NCBI GenBank assembly: GCA_963721685.1
Contig: CAVRJJ010000001.1
Coordinates: 132,870-196,869, forward strand
Length of the DNA: 64,000 bases
Source: an uncultured bacterium
GTDB taxonomy: Bacteria; Patescibacteriota; Saccharimonadia; UBA4664; SCTI01
Reading direction: 5' to 3'
Under the pieces are notes generated by a model. The model saw nothing but the letters and a program-made list of their open reading frames with translations. It searched no databases and was not told the origin of the DNA. Of the stretch, positions 1-11,363 are shown piece after piece. Both the position numbers and the translations under genes were made by a program. The first letter of the stretch is position 1. The number at the start of each line of letters is the position of its first letter.

Positions 1-2
1 AC

Positions 3-191
3 TGGCTTACTGGCGCGATTCCGCGCAGCGAGCTGGTGGTACTACCCAAGGCAGGCCATTTAGTACCGTTAGAGGAGCCGGAGCTTGTGGGCGGACATAT
101 CCTTAGCTTTCTTCAAGGGCCGGGATTGCGCATTCATCAACCTACCCCCGAACCGCTCCCCAGTAAGGGAGTGTTGACACAACCATCATAA
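3..191 (+). CDS. 3' fragment of an upstream gene; C-terminus resembles alpha/beta-hydrolase fold proteins
   Basis: Frame 3 is open from the window edge to TAA at 189-191. Translation ...IPRSELVVLPKAGHLVPLEEPELV... resembles the conserved C-terminal His region of alpha/beta hydrolases. Confidence 0.4.
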   Translation, partial: WLTGAIPRSELVVLPKAGHLVPLEEPELVGGHILSFLQGPGLRIHQPTPEPLPSKGVLTQPS

Positions 192-202
192 TAATTTAAT
201 AT
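174..202 (+). promoter_or_regulatory. sigma70-like promoter candidate upstream of rpoB (TTGACA, 17-nt spacer, TAATAT)
   Basis: TTGACA at 174-179 and TAATAT at 197-202 with a 17-nt spacer. Roughly 300 nt upstream of the rpoB start. Confidence 0.4.
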
Positions 203-426
203 ATGCTCTATAGAGGAAGCTTAAATCCAAGTAGGAACCCCCTGCCTGCTTTTTTTGCGTGGAAGATTATTTTGGCTATTCATTCGTACAGCCGAAAAAG
301 TCTTATACGCTTAAGCCGGGGACCGTGCAGCTGATTTAGAAATACCTCCTGATTAGGTGTCGCAAATAAACGAGAACAATCCTTCTCGGCGGCGCGAAAC
401 CCACCAGCGATGGTGAGAGGCAACCA

Positions 427-478
427 GTAATGGTGCCAAGCAAGCAACACCAATAATGGTGCCAAGCAAGCAACACCA
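427..478 (+). repeat. perfect tandem duplication of a 26-nt unit (taatggtgccaagcaagcaacaccaa x2) in the rpoB 5' leader
   Basis: Read directly: 427-452 and 453-478 are identical. They lie just upstream of the rpoB RBS AAGGAG (486-491). Confidence 0.9.
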
Positions 479-499
479 ATAATCAAGAAGGAGTATCTT

Positions 500-3400
500 T
501 TGCCCATTAATCAGCGCCAAGTATTTGAAAAAATTTCCGAGGTTCAGGAATTACCCAACCTCATTCGTAATCAAATTCAGTCGTACGAATGGTTTAAAAC
601 AGAAGGTTTAGAAGAGCTGTTTGCAGCCGTTAATCCTATTGAGGATTTTACCGGTAAAAACCTTGCACTATATTTTCGTGAGTTCCACTTTGAAGAGCCA
701 AAGTTTGATGAGCTCACCGCTAAATCCAAAAACGCCACCTTTGAAGTTCCCCTAAAAGCTCGCGTTGAATTGGTCAATAAAGAAACCGGCGAAGTAAAAA
801 CCCAGGAAATTTTCCTTGGCGACTATCCTTGGATGACTAAACGCGGAACCTTTTTAATTAATGGCGTTGAGCGGGTGGTGGTAAGCCAGCTGGTTCGTTC
901 TCCGGGTGTGTTCTTTACCGCTGAAAATACCGGTTCATCCTTATTATTTGGCGCTAAAGTTATCCCCGACCGCGGAGCTTGGCTAGAGTTTGATACTACG
1001 GCCGGCGGCGTTATTAGCGTTAAAATTGACCGCAAACGCAAGCTGCCCGTTACCACATTGCTGCGGTCGTTCGGATACGCGGATGACAAGGAAATAAAGG
1101 CCTTATTTGCCCATGTCGATACCGGTGAGCTTAAGTTTATTGATGAAACCCTGGATAAAGACGCCACGTCTAATTTCAGTGAAGCTTTGATGGAAGTATA
1201 CCGCCGCATTCGTCCAGGCGACCTCGCTACCGTAGAAAACTCAAAATCACTCATTGAAGGTATGTTCTTCGATCCCAAGCGTTACGACTTTTCCAAAGTC
1301 GGACGCTACAAGCTAAATAAGCGTTTGGCATTAGATGTGCCCAATACGTATGAGAACCGTATTTTCCGCCGCGAGGACTTAGTTGCGATTATCGCTGAAA
1401 TCATTCGCCAAAATAACGATCCTAGCGCCCAGCCGGAAGATATTGATAACTTAGCCAATCGCCGCTTACGGATGGTGGGCGAGCTGATCCAGCAAAAATT
1501 CCGCGTCGGATTACTGCGCATGGAGCGCAACGTAAAAGACCGGATGAGTGTCTATGATCGCGAAACGGTTACGCCCGGCCAGCTCATTAATGTGCGTCCG
1601 GTGGTAGCGAGCGTTAAGGAGTTCTTCGCTTCGTCCCAGATGAGCCAGTTTATGGATCAAACCAATCCTCTGGCAGAGATTGCCCATAAGCGTCGTATTA
1701 CGGCGATGGGTGCCGGCGGGCTTAGCCGCGAACGTGCCGGTTTTGAAGTACGTGATGTGCACCGGAGCCATTATGGCCGCCTATGCCCGATTGAAACTCC
1801 CGAAGGACCTAATATCGGCTTGGTTTCAAACCTGTCTACATACGCGCGGGTAAATGAGTATGGCTTTATTGAAACACCGTACCGCAAGGTTATTAACAGA
1901 ACTACGCCGTCTGAGGCGGTGGGCCATATCGCCCGTTCAACTATTAAGGACGACAAGGGCAACGTTATTGTAAAACCGGGCGACACCATCACTTCTGCGC
2001 AAGCCAAGAAGCTGGCCGCGCTTAAGCTGGAGTCAATTCCGGTCAAGGCAAAGGTTACCAACGATGTCCGTTTTATGGACGCGGCTGATGAAGCCGACGC
2101 GGTTATTACCGAAGCGGGAACAAAGGTTGGGCCGGATAATTACTTCTTAGAGGCCCGGGTGCCCGTTCGCCGCGGCGGTGAGGCTGAGGAAGAAGACTCA
2201 AACAACGTTGAGCACATGGATGTTTCAACCCGCCAAATTGTGTCAGTATCAGCCTCACTCATTCCCTTTATTGAGCATGACGACCCGAAGCGGGCACTCA
2301 TGGGCTCCAATATGCAGAAACAAGCCGTTGCCCTGGTAAAGCCTCAAGCTCCCATTGTGGGTACCGGTATGGAGGCTATTGTGGCGCATGATTCAGCCCA
2401 AGTAGTAGTGGCTGAAGCTAACGGTGTTGTTTCCGCTTCCAGCGCCGCTGAAATTACGGTGCAGTATGAAGGCAAAGACCTTAACGCCGTGACATATCCG
2501 CTTTTGAACTTTGTTCGCAGTAACGATGGGGCGAGCATTCATCAGCGAGCTATCGTTGGCAGCGGCCAAAAGATCAAAAAAGGCGATATTTTGGCCGACG
2601 GTATGTCAACTGAAAACGGTGAACTGGCGCTGGGCCAAAACGTCCTTGTGGCGTTTATGTCTTGGGGCGGCTATAACTTTGAGGATGCCATCATTCTCAG
2701 CCGCCGTTTAGTGCAAGACGACCGCTATAGCTCTATTCACATTGAAACTCATCAGATTGATGTCCGCGACACCAAGCTGGGGCCTGAAGTAGTAACCCGG
2801 GACATCCCTAATGTTTCTGAAGACAGCTTAAAAGACCTTGATGAAACCGGCATTGTGCGGATTGGCGCGGAGGTTACCGCCGGAGATATTTTGGTCGGTA
2901 AAATTACCCCTAAAGGTGAGCAGGAGTTATCGAGCGAAGAAAAATTGTTAAGAGCTATTTTTGGTGAAAAAGCCCGTGACGTTAAAGATACCAGCTTGCG
3001 TATGCCTAACGGAGAACGCGGCAAAGTGGTTGGTGTTAAATTATTCTCCCGCGACAATGGCGACGAGTTACCGGCGGGCGTTATTGAGCAGTACTATGTT
3101 TCGGTAGCCCAAATGCGCAAAGTCTCGGTTGGAGACAAAATGGCCGGACGCCACGGCAACAAGGGTGTCATAGCCCGGGTGCTCCCAATTGAAGATATGC
3201 CCCATTTGGAAGATGGTACGCCTGTAGATATGATTTTAAATCCGTTAGGCGTTGGCGCCCGTATGAACTTAGGCCAGGTATTTGAAACCCACATGGGCTG
3301 GGCCGCCCAAGCACTCGGCTATACCGTTGCCAGCCCGGTGTTTGATGGGATAACCATTGAAAAGATTAAATCGGAGCTTAAGCGGGCCGGTTTGCCCGAA

Positions 3401-4021
3401 GACGGTAAAGCCCAGCTTTATGACGGACGTACGGGCGAGTCGTTTCAGGAGCGTACAACCGTTGGCTATAAGTATATGTTGAAGCTTAATCACATGGTAG
3501 ATGATAAAATACACGCCCGTTCAACCGGTCCGTACGCCATGGTTACCCAGCAGCCGCTTGGCGGTAAGGCGCAACGCGGTGGCCAGCGCTTTGGTGAAAT
3601 GGAAGTATGGGCACTTGAGGCCTATGGGGCAGCCAATACCCTCCAGGAAATCCTGACCATTAAATCGGATGACGTGGTTGGACGCTCTAAGGCCTATGAG
3701 GCGATTATTAAATCGGAAGAAATCCGCGGGCCGCGTATTCCCGAAAGCTTTAACGTGCTCGTAAAGGAATTGCAGGCCTTAAGTCTAAGTGTTGACTTGA
3801 TTCGGGAAGAAACCGATGTTGAGGTTGATGCCGAAGAAGTACTGACGAAAAATATTGAAAATGAAGTTGATGAGCTCGGAACCGATCCGTTGATACAAGG
3901 GGATCAAGCCGTAGCTGATATGCCGCTGGTTGATTTGGCTGGAGGCCAGGAAGATGCACTGCAGGCTGAAGCCGAGGCATCAGAAGCCGCCGTCCGGGCA
4001 GAACAGGAACAGGAGGCTTAA
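500..4021 (+). CDS. rpoB: DNA-directed RNA polymerase subunit beta
   Basis: 1173-aa ORF with hallmark RpoB motifs (GDKMAGRHGNKGV, NLGQ...). TTG start at 500 preceded by AAGGAG. Confidence 0.97.
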   Translation: MPINQRQVFEKISEVQELPNLIRNQIQSYEWFKTEGLEELFAAVNPIEDFTGKNLALYFREFHFEEPKFDELTAKSKNATFEVPLKARVELVNKETGEVKTQEIFLGDYPWMTKRGTFLINGVERVVVSQLVRSPGVFFTAENTGSSLLFGAKVIPDRGAWLEFDTTAGGVISVKIDRKRKLPVTTLLRSFGYADDKEIKALFAHVDTGELKFIDETLDKDATSNFSEALMEVYRRIRPGDLATVENSKSLIEGMFFDPKRYDFSKVGRYKLNKRLALDVPNTYENRIFRREDLVAIIAEIIRQNNDPSAQPEDIDNLANRRLRMVGELIQQKFRVGLLRMERNVKDRMSVYDRETVTPGQLINVRPVVASVKEFFASSQMSQFMDQTNPLAEIAHKRRITAMGAGGLSRERAGFEVRDVHRSHYGRLCPIETPEGPNIGLVSNLSTYARVNEYGFIETPYRKVINRTTPSEAVGHIARSTIKDDKGNVIVKPGDTITSAQAKKLAALKLESIPVKAKVTNDVRFMDAADEADAVITEAGTKVGPDNYFLEARVPVRRGGEAEEEDSNNVEHMDVSTRQIVSVSASLIPFIEHDDPKRALMGSNMQKQAVALVKPQAPIVGTGMEAIVAHDSAQVVVAEANGVVSASSAAEITVQYEGKDLNAVTYPLLNFVRSNDGASIHQRAIVGSGQKIKKGDILADGMSTENGELALGQNVLVAFMSWGGYNFEDAIILSRRLVQDDRYSSIHIETHQIDVRDTKLGPEVVTRDIPNVSEDSLKDLDETGIVRIGAEVTAGDILVGKITPKGEQELSSEEKLLRAIFGEKARDVKDTSLRMPNGERGKVVGVKLFSRDNGDELPAGVIEQYYVSVAQMRKVSVGDKMAGRHGNKGVIARVLPIEDMPHLEDGTPVDMILNPLGVGARMNLGQVFETHMGWAAQALGYTVASPVFDGITIEKIKSELKRAGLPEDGKAQLYDGRTGESFQERTTVGYKYMLKLNHMVDDKIHARSTGPYAMVTQQPLGGKAQRGGQRFGEMEVWALEAYGAANTLQEILTIKSDDVVGRSKAYEAIIKSEEIRGPRIPESFNVLVKELQALSLSVDLIREETDVEVDAEEVLTKNIENEVDELGTDPLIQGDQAVADMPLVDLAGGQEDALQAEAEASEAAVRAEQEQEA

Positions 4022-7000
4022 ATGGAACCACTTATGTTAGACCAAACCGCCAGCGAATTTAGTGCCGTTCGTTTAAGCTTAGCCAGTCCGCAACAAATAC
4101 TGGAATGGTCACACGGCGAGGTAACGAAACCGGAAACCATTAACTACCGCACCCAAAAGCCGGAAAAAGACGGCTTATTCTGCGAACGCATTTTTGGCCC
4201 AACTAAGGACTGGGAATGTTACTGCGGAAAGTACAAGCGCATCCGCTATAAAGATGTCGTATGTGATAAGTGCGGCGTGCGCGTTACCCGCAGCATCGTC
4301 CGGCGCGAGCGCATGGGCCATATTAGCCTCGCCGTTCCCGTAACCCACATTTGGTTCCTTCGCGGAACCCCCTCAAGTGTCGGCCTGCTGTTAAATATGA
4401 GCATCCGTGACCTCGAACGAGTTGTTTACTTTGCTAATTACGTGGTTTCCGAGGTGGATGATGAGCGCCGTAAGGCCGCGCTAGCGGAGCTTGAAGCCGA
4501 TTACAAGTCGCGCCGGGAAGAAATTGAAAAAGACCACACCGCCCAGGCCGCGAGTAAAGACGCGAATGTTAAAGAAATTGCCGCTTCCCAAAGCCGTGAG
4601 CTCAGCGACCTCCAAGTAACGTACGAGAACGCTAAAGAAGAGCTGGAAGGCTTGGCCCGTTTAACACTTTTAACCGAATCAAAATACCGCGATCTCAACA
4701 TGAAGTTTGGCGATGTTTTCAAGGCCGAGATTGGGGCTGAAGCGATCTATAACCTCCTTACATCAATTGATGTCGACCAGCTTGTACAGGACTTAACCAA
4801 AGAAGCTGAAGAGGCTTCAGGGCAAAAGCAAAAGAAAATTCTTAAGCGTCTTAAAACTCTTGAAGGTATGCGCAGCGCCGGAATTCGTCCCGAATGGACG
4901 GTCTTAAAGGAGCTTCCGGTTATTCCGCCCGACCTACGTCCGATGGTTCAGCTCGCAGGTGGCCGGTTCGCGGCTTCTGACTTAAACGACCTCTATCGCC
5001 GAGTTATTAACCGTAATAACCGCTTAAAGCGGCTGATTGAGCTCGACGCCCCGGAAGTTATCCGCCGTAACGAAAAGCGGATGCTTCAGGAAGCGGTAGA
5101 TGCCTTAATTGATAACAACGCCCGCCGGGAGCGCGCTGTTAGCTCTACCGGCACCCGCCGTAAGCTAAAGAGCATCAGCGACATGCTCAAAGGCAAGCAA
5201 GGCCGGTTCCGCCAGAACTTGCTGGGTAAGCGCGTTGATTATTCCGGACGTTCCGTAATTGTTTCCGGACCAAACCTAAAACTGAATCAATGCGGCTTGC
5301 CTAAAATGATGGCCTTAGAGCTGTTTAAGCCATTTGTTATGGCCAAGTTAATTGAAGAGGGCCATGCCCATAACGTGAAAAGCGCCAGCCGCATGATTGA
5401 ACGGGCTCGCGCCGAAGTTTGGGACGCGCTCGAGTTTATTATTACCGATAAGCACGTGCTGCTTAACCGCGCTCCCACCTTGCACCGTTTAGGCATTCAG
5501 GCATTCAAGCCAAAGCTGATTGAAGGCAAAGCCATCCAGCTCCATCCATTAGTATGCTCGGCTTTTAACGCTGACTTTGACGGCGACCAAATGGCGGTTC
5601 ATGTGCCGTTAAGTGCCGCCGCGCAGCACGAGGCAGCCACGATTATGCTGTCATCCAACAACCTTTTGCGTCCAGGTGACGGCTCAGCCGTAGTAAACCC
5701 CAGCCAGGACATGGTTTTGGGATGCTACTACTTAACGTATGACAAGTATGCCGGTGAGGAGCCGAAGAAGCATTTCTCAAGTTCCGATGAAGCCATTTAC
5801 GCCTATGAGTCCGGTGTGGTAAAGCTGCAGTCACCTGTTACCATTCCCGGTAAAAATGAACGGATGGTAACCACGGTTGGAAGAATCCTTTTCAACGAGG
5901 TTCTTCCCAAAGGCATTGATTATCGTAACGAAACGATGACAAAGAAGAAACTTCAGAGCCTAGTGGGAGAGGTGTTTGTCACCTGCGGCAATGAGGCTAC
6001 CGCGACAGTGGTTGATAGTATCAAAGACCTAGGTTTTTTCCACGCTACCTCTTCCGGCCTATCAATTGGCATTGATGACTTTGTCGTTCCGGAAGATAAG
6101 GAAGAGTTAATTGCCCAAGGCGAACATCAGGTTGTTGAACTTAGTAAACAGTTTGAAATGGGGTTAATAACCGAAGAGGAACGCTATCGGCGCACCATTG
6201 AAGCTTGGCAAAAAACTAACGAAAAGATTAAAGCCGAGCTTGAGGCAGACCTAGCCCATAGTAATGCCACCATCGGATTGTTCGTCGAGTCCGGCGCCCG
6301 CGGCGACCTAAGCCAGGTAAACCAAATTTCGGGTATGTTAGGGCTGGTCAATAACCCAACCGGCCGTATCATCGAACTGCCAATCCGATCCAACTACAAA
6401 GAAGGCTTTTCGATGTTGGAATACTTCAGCTCAACCCACGGAGCTCGCAAAGGTTTAACTGACACTGCCCTTAAAACCGCTGAATCGGGATACCTGACCC
6501 GCCGCTTGGTAGATGTTGCCCAAGACGTGGTGATTACCACCGAAGATTGCCGTGATACCGAAGGAAACATGGTAAGCGCCGCTGAATCAGAGGCTATGAG
6601 TGAACGCTTTACCGCCCGCTTGGCAGGCCGCGCCGCCGCCCAGGCCATTAAGGACGGCAGCACCACTATCGTTAAGAAAGGCGAGCTTATCAGCGATGGA
6701 GCGGCTGAGCAGATTGCAGCGGCCGGGATTACGGAAGTCTTAGTTCGGAGCGTACTTTCCTGCAAAACCCAATGGGGCATATGTCAAAAGTGTTATGGCA
6801 CGGACTTGGCCCGGGGTAGAATCGTTAACCTTGGTGAACCGGTAGGAGTAATCGCTGCCCAGTCAATTGGCGAGCCGGGAACCCAGCTGACCATGCGTAC
6901 TTTCCATAAGGGTGTAGCTGCCACCGGCGCGGATATTACCCAAGGCCTCCCGCGGGTGGAAGAAATTTTTGAAGCTCGCAGTCCAAAGGGACAAGCGGTG

Positions 7001-7879
7001 CTTGCAGAACTTGACGGCATTGTCGCTATTAAGCAAATAAGCGGTAAAACCGTTGTACGGGTAACCCCGGCGAACGTAAAAGTTACCGAGTATGCTTTAG
7101 GTGACCGCATTCCCGAGATCAAGACCGGCGACAAGGTTGAAATCGGTGATATTTTGGCCGCTGACGCTAAAGGCAAGAAGTTGATTAAGGCTAAGATTGA
7201 AGGAACCGTTGAAGTTACAAAGGAAAAAATTCTGCTTACCCACGCTGGCGGAGCCTTTAAGGACCATGTGATTCCAGCCTATCAGGAAATCGAAGTTCAA
7301 AACGGTGATTTAGTTGTCCGGGGCCAACGCCTAACTGAAGGCTCAATCAACCTCCAGGATATGCTCACGTTGCGCGGGGAACTGGCGGTCCAGCGTTACA
7401 TCGTGGGAGAGGTTCAATCGATTTACGCGTCGCAGGGACAGACGATTGCCGACAAGCACATTGAGATCATTATTCGCCAGATGTTTTCTCGGGTGCAAAT
7501 TGAAGAGCCAGGTGATAGTTTGTTCGTAACCGGCGACATTGTTTCCAAAATGAGCGTTATTGAAGAGAATGCTGAGCTTGAGAAGAAAAAGAAAAAGCTC
7601 GCAACTTTCGATCAGTTGCTACTACCAATCACCAAAATCTCTTTATCTTCCGATTCTTACTTAAGCGCCGCCAGTTTCCAGGATACCTCGCGGGTACTGA
7701 TTGGCGCTGCCATCCGGGGTAAAATTGATAAATTACGCGGTTTGAAAGAAAACGTGATTATCGGACGCCTAACCCCCGTGGGAACCGGTTTTCGCAAGGC
7801 TGAAGCCGACGCCAAACAGCCGGTTGCTGCGGCCGGCGCTGCCAAGGCAGCGTTGACTCGCGCCTCTGAATCTGATTAA
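4022..7879 (+). CDS. rpoC: DNA-directed RNA polymerase subunit beta'
   Basis: 1285-aa ORF with the zinc-binding CxxC N-terminus and the NADFDGD catalytic motif. Starts directly after the rpoB stop. Confidence 0.97.
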   Translation: MEPLMLDQTASEFSAVRLSLASPQQILEWSHGEVTKPETINYRTQKPEKDGLFCERIFGPTKDWECYCGKYKRIRYKDVVCDKCGVRVTRSIVRRERMGHISLAVPVTHIWFLRGTPSSVGLLLNMSIRDLERVVYFANYVVSEVDDERRKAALAELEADYKSRREEIEKDHTAQAASKDANVKEIAASQSRELSDLQVTYENAKEELEGLARLTLLTESKYRDLNMKFGDVFKAEIGAEAIYNLLTSIDVDQLVQDLTKEAEEASGQKQKKILKRLKTLEGMRSAGIRPEWTVLKELPVIPPDLRPMVQLAGGRFAASDLNDLYRRVINRNNRLKRLIELDAPEVIRRNEKRMLQEAVDALIDNNARRERAVSSTGTRRKLKSISDMLKGKQGRFRQNLLGKRVDYSGRSVIVSGPNLKLNQCGLPKMMALELFKPFVMAKLIEEGHAHNVKSASRMIERARAEVWDALEFIITDKHVLLNRAPTLHRLGIQAFKPKLIEGKAIQLHPLVCSAFNADFDGDQMAVHVPLSAAAQHEAATIMLSSNNLLRPGDGSAVVNPSQDMVLGCYYLTYDKYAGEEPKKHFSSSDEAIYAYESGVVKLQSPVTIPGKNERMVTTVGRILFNEVLPKGIDYRNETMTKKKLQSLVGEVFVTCGNEATATVVDSIKDLGFFHATSSGLSIGIDDFVVPEDKEELIAQGEHQVVELSKQFEMGLITEEERYRRTIEAWQKTNEKIKAELEADLAHSNATIGLFVESGARGDLSQVNQISGMLGLVNNPTGRIIELPIRSNYKEGFSMLEYFSSTHGARKGLTDTALKTAESGYLTRRLVDVAQDVVITTEDCRDTEGNMVSAAESEAMSERFTARLAGRAAAQAIKDGSTTIVKKGELISDGAAEQIAAAGITEVLVRSVLSCKTQWGICQKCYGTDLARGRIVNLGEPVGVIAAQSIGEPGTQLTMRTFHKGVAATGADITQGLPRVEEIFEARSPKGQAVLAELDGIVAIKQISGKTVVRVTPANVKVTEYALGDRIPEIKTGDKVEIGDILAADAKGKKLIKAKIEGTVEVTKEKILLTHAGGAFKDHVIPAYQEIEVQNGDLVVRGQRLTEGSINLQDMLTLRGELAVQRYIVGEVQSIYASQGQTIADKHIEIIIRQMFSRVQIEEPGDSLFVTGDIVSKMSVIEENAELEKKKKKLATFDQLLLPITKISLSSDSYLSAASFQDTSRVLIGAAIRGKIDKLRGLKENVIIGRLTPVGTGFRKAEADAKQPVAAAGAAKAALTRASESD

Positions 7880-7905
7880 ATCAACTAAGTCTAACCAAGG
7901 AATCT

Positions 7906-8319
7906 ATGCCTACTATCAACCAGCTCATTCGTAAACCGCGCAGCGCCAAGGGCCGCAAGTCCAAGACGCCGGCGCTGGGGCGTACCCTTAACTCGCTCAA
8001 AGGCCGCAGCTATGAAAAGTCAGCACCTTTAAAGCGAGGGGTCTGTACCAAGGTTTCGACCGCTACCCCGCGTAAGCCTAACTCGGCTTTGCGTAAAGTA
8101 GCGCGTGTACGGTTAACCAACGGCATGGAAGTCACCGCCTATATTCCCGGCATCGGGCACAACCTCCAGGAGCACAGTGTTGTCCTCCTGCAAGGTCGTG
8201 GCCCGAAGGATTTAGCCAACGTTCGCTATACCATTGTGCGCGGTGCCCTTGATACTGCCGGGGTATCCAACCGCAAACAAGGACGCAGTAAATACGGCGC
8301 CAAGAAAGCTGCCAAGTAA
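7906..8319 (+). CDS. rpsL: 30S ribosomal protein S12
   Basis: 137 aa starting [12 protein letters not shown]..., typical S12. Confidence 0.97.
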   Translation: MPTINQLIRKPRSAKGRKSKTPALGRTLNSLKGRSYEKSAPLKRGVCTKVSTATPRKPNSALRKVARVRLTNGMEVTAYIPGIGHNLQEHSVVLLQGRGPKDLANVRYTIVRGALDTAGVSNRKQGRSKYGAKKAAK

Positions 8320-8389
8320 TCACTAAATAAAGCATGACAACCCGTCCCAGAACTAGGGATAGCGGGAAGTATCAAAGGAGAAACGATTC

Positions 8390-8866
8390 ATGCCGCGCAA
8401 GAAGACCAAAGACCTAGCCAGAGATATCACGCCAGACATCCAGTACAAAAGCGTGCTGGTGGCGAAAATGATCAATAAAATTATGCATAGCGGTAAAAAG
8501 CGTTTAGCTGAAAAGCTGATGTATGACGCAATGGATGAAATTAAGCTTAAGTTGAAGGCTGAACCCCTGGAAGTGTTTGAAACAGCAATTAAGAATGTAT
8601 CTCCCCAGGTGCAGGTACGGGCAAAACGGGTTGGCGGCGCAACCTACCAAGTGCCAATGGAAGTTCGCGGTGACCGTAAAATCCATCTGGCTATGATTTG
8701 GATTTTAAAGGCTGCCCGCAGTAAATCCGGCCGCTCTTTCGATAAGGTGCTTGCCCAGGAATTGATGGATGCCTACAATAATACCGGCGACGCCATGAAA
8801 AAGCGGGAAGATACCCACAAGATGGCTGAAGCCAACAAGGCCTTTGCCCACTTCGCCCGTTACTAA
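8390..8866 (+). CDS. rpsG: 30S ribosomal protein S7
   Basis: 158 aa starting MPRKKTKDLARDITPD..., typical S7. Confidence 0.97.
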   Translation: MPRKKTKDLARDITPDIQYKSVLVAKMINKIMHSGKKRLAEKLMYDAMDEIKLKLKAEPLEVFETAIKNVSPQVQVRAKRVGGATYQVPMEVRGDRKIHLAMIWILKAARSKSGRSFDKVLAQELMDAYNNTGDAMKKREDTHKMAEANKAFAHFARY

Positions 8867-8935
8867 GGATTAGCTAGGCTTACCGGGTAGTAACTTTTCT
8901 GAGCATGGTCACCATGGCTAACGCCGGGTGACGAC

Positions 8936-10597
8936 ATGCCACAAAAGTTCTACCACGGCGCGCCTACCTTAAACGTGGCCAGGATGTATACTAGATGTAT
9001 GATCCAAACCCTAACCGATGTTACTCCTGAGGTTTTATCCGATATAGCTAAAGAGAAACAGCTGCGCCAGACATCTGAGCTGTTCATTCTTATTACGCTG
9101 GGAAGTCAGTTTGACCACTTAATAAAGCAGCAGCTTGATAAGCTGGGTGTGTATTGCGTAGTGGCCGATCCGGCAAGTGTGGCCCGGACAGACATTGAAA
9201 TGCTACAGCCAACCGGCATTATTATTTCGGGCGGACCTACATCGGTACACTCTGATCCCCCTCAAATGGATGCGACTATTTTTGATATTGGTATCCCGGT
9301 CTTGGGTGTTTGTCTAGGCTTTCAACAATGGGCACAGCACGTCGGGGTAACAGTGGCGAAAGCCCCCCATCAAGAGCTTGGCACCCATACCTTTACAGTA
9401 GAAGATGAGTCTGATGAACTGTTTGCCGGGCTACCTAAGCTTATGCCGGTTCTTGAGAGCCATAACGACCGGGTGGAACCGGACAAGCGGTTGGTGGTGC
9501 TGGGTTCAACCGAGCACGCCCCAGTAGCCGCTGCCCGCTATGAGCATTTATGGGGGGTTCAATTTCACCCGGAGGTTACCGAGTCCCAGTACGGCCCCGA
9601 AATGTATGAAAACTTTGTTTTTAAGATTTGTAAGGCTAAAGACCGCTTCCCAGCTTCCGATGTAGCCGCGGCTAAAATTGCTGAAATCAAGGAGCAAGTA
9701 GGGGATAAAAAAGTTTTGCTGGCGCTTTCCGGCGGATCGGACTCCTCAGTGGTGGCCTATCTATTGAAAGAAGCGTTGAGTCCCGGACAGGTTCGAGGAA
9801 TTTACATTAAAGGCATTGATCGGCCGGATGATGAGGCCTTTGTTGCCGAACTGTTTGGTCCTGAGGAGTGGCTCGACTTAAATATTGTTGATGCGACCGA
9901 CAATTTTCTAACAGTGTTAGTCGGTGTTGAGTCCATGCCCGACAAACGTCTGGCAATGCGTGGTGTTTATAAAAGTATTCTCGAAAGGGAAGCCAAACTG
10001 TTTGGGGCAGACTTTATCGCCCAAGGCACCCTTTACACTGACTTAAGTGAAAGCGGTAGCGGCCACAGCACCGGAGCGCGTAAAGCTCAAATTAAATTGC
10101 ATCATAATACAGGATTGGACTTTACAATCCCAGAGCTATCCCCCCTCGATGATATGGTGAAGGATACCGGTCGCAATATTGGGCGTCAGATTGGGGTCCC
10201 AGAATCACTGCTGATTCGCCACCCCTTCCCCGGTCCTGGCTTGATCGTGCGGGTTGAAGGGGAGGTTACGGCCGATAAACTGCAGATTGCCCGCCAGGTG
10301 GACGGCATCTATATTGAAGAGCTGAGAGCTGCAGGACTTTACGAGACCGTGTGGCAGGCCGGGGCAGTGGTTACTCGCTCAGAAACTACTGGTAGCAAGG
10401 GTGACGATGCCTCAACCGGATTTATTATCGCTTTATGGGCGGTGTGGAGTGTAAACGGTTTTACCGCTCAATGGGCTGAGATGCCTTATGATTTTTTGCG
10501 TCAGGTGTCGCGTCGGATCACCAATGAGGTCAAAGAGGTTGGGGCTGTCGTTTATCGGGTATCTGATAAGCCGCCGACCACTATTGAGTGGGGTTAG
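8936..10597 (+). CDS. guaA: GMP synthase (glutamine-hydrolysing); start codon uncertain (alternative ATG at 8999)
   Basis: N-terminal class-I GATase region (LGVCLGFQ, HPE) followed by a PP-loop ATP pyrophosphatase (LALSGGSDSSV). Unusual position inside the str operon between rpsG and fusA. Confidence 0.85.
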   Translation: MPQKFYHGAPTLNVARMYTRCMIQTLTDVTPEVLSDIAKEKQLRQTSELFILITLGSQFDHLIKQQLDKLGVYCVVADPASVARTDIEMLQPTGIIISGGPTSVHSDPPQMDATIFDIGIPVLGVCLGFQQWAQHVGVTVAKAPHQELGTHTFTVEDESDELFAGLPKLMPVLESHNDRVEPDKRLVVLGSTEHAPVAAARYEHLWGVQFHPEVTESQYGPEMYENFVFKICKAKDRFPASDVAAAKIAEIKEQVGDKKVLLALSGGSDSSVVAYLLKEALSPGQVRGIYIKGIDRPDDEAFVAELFGPEEWLDLNIVDATDNFLTVLVGVESMPDKRLAMRGVYKSILEREAKLFGADFIAQGTLYTDLSESGSGHSTGARKAQIKLHHNTGLDFTIPELSPLDDMVKDTGRNIGRQIGVPESLLIRHPFPGPGLIVRVEGEVTADKLQIARQVDGIYIEELRAAGLYETVWQAGAVVTRSETTGSKGDDASTGFIIALWAVWSVNGFTAQWAEMPYDFLRQVSRRITNEVKEVGAVVYRVSDKPPTTIEWG

Positions 10598-10684
10598 TTC
10601 TTCGAGAAAATAATGGACTTATGAACAATAATAGTATAAAATAACCTTCTGCCGTATTGTCCAACAACCAAAGGAGCATGGCAG

Positions 10685-11140
10685 ATGCACATTTTGGCCG
10701 AAGTGATTGGAGCCCCCCAGCAGGATTCAAATGGACGGTGTGGGGTGGTTGCACGACTGATCCGCCACGTCGACGCGTGCAAGACCCTCGAACGACCCGA
10801 CCAATGGGTCGTCGTCGGCTGCGAGGATGGCACAGCCCTTCTCGGTGACGTCATCATGATCGAGTTTGCGAGCGGTTACACCAGCGGTCCAGTTCGTTAC
10901 ACCAAGATCGGAGAGCCGGTCGGCAAGGTGTACCTCGGCGCACTCATGCTCAACTCCGGCGTCACGTTCAAGACCCCCGCGGAATGGCTCGCCGAGCTGC
11001 ATCCCGGTATGCGGCTTCGCTACGCTGACCGCAACATGTCGGAAACGCCCTGGTTCAAGGAGCCGACCACGCGCGAGGACTTCCAACGGCGGCTGCCTGG
11101 AGGTCGCCTTACCAATCGGCCGCTTCCGCAGGCTCGCTAG
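10685..11140 (+). CDS. hypothetical protein (151 aa), foreign codon usage, no recognisable domain
   Basis: Long ORF with very high third-position GC. RBS AAAGGAG sits 8 nt upstream of the ATG. Composition is diverse, unlike the Arg/Gly/Ala-rich overlapping frames. Confidence 0.55.
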   Translation: MHILAEVIGAPQQDSNGRCGVVARLIRHVDACKTLERPDQWVVVGCEDGTALLGDVIMIEFASGYTSGPVRYTKIGEPVGKVYLGALMLNSGVTFKTPAEWLAELHPGMRLRYADRNMSETPWFKEPTTREDFQRRLPGGRLTNRPLPQAR

Positions 11141-11172
11141 CCCAATCCGCTACGCTTACCCGAAGGAGGTGG

Positions 11173-11271
11173 ATGATGGAGAAGTGGGTTGGAAATTTGA
11201 TTCTGTGTGTTTGCGCACTCGGTTTCCTGGTGGTGGTCGTGATCGGCCTCATGGTCGGTTTCGGTCTCTAG
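11173..11271 (+). CDS. small hydrophobic peptide (32 aa, MMEKWVGNLILCVCALGFLVVVVIGLMVGFGL), single predicted TM helix
   Basis: Strong SD GAAGGAGG at 11163-11170 immediately before the ATGATG start. Lies directly downstream of the 151-aa ORF. Too short for the ORF track. Confidence 0.4.
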   Translation: MMEKWVGNLILCVCALGFLVVVVIGLMVGFGL

Positions 11272-11363
11272 GCCCCGCTAGTTCGACGACGAGCCTCCTG
11301 GCGCAACAGCCAGTTGAAGTTCCGCGCTAGTGGGGCTTCGTCGTGCAAGGGTCTATATGATTT

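Noticed and set aside
427-478. Possible CRISPR array
   Set aside because: There are only two repeat copies, directly adjacent with no spacers, and no cas genes. It is a simple tandem duplication.
280-507. 75-aa minus-strand ORF in the rpoB leader
   Set aside because: It lies antisense to the promoter and leader and the tandem repeat, with no RBS and a hydrophobic, low-complexity product. It is most likely non-coding leader sequence.
577-7845. Numerous 60-150 aa antisense or out-of-frame ORFs inside rpoB, rpoC and other long genes
   Set aside because: They are fully embedded in well-supported conserved genes, with no independent signals. These are typical shadow ORFs.
10727-11086. 119-aa minus-strand ORF and 154-aa (10866-11330) and 63-aa (10657-10848) plus-strand ORFs overlapping the 151-aa gene in the high-GC island
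   Set aside because: High-GC DNA produces long open frames in several registers. These alternatives are Arg/Gly/Ala/Pro/Ser-rich with no start context. The 10685-11140 frame alone shows the strong third-position GC bias and an SD.
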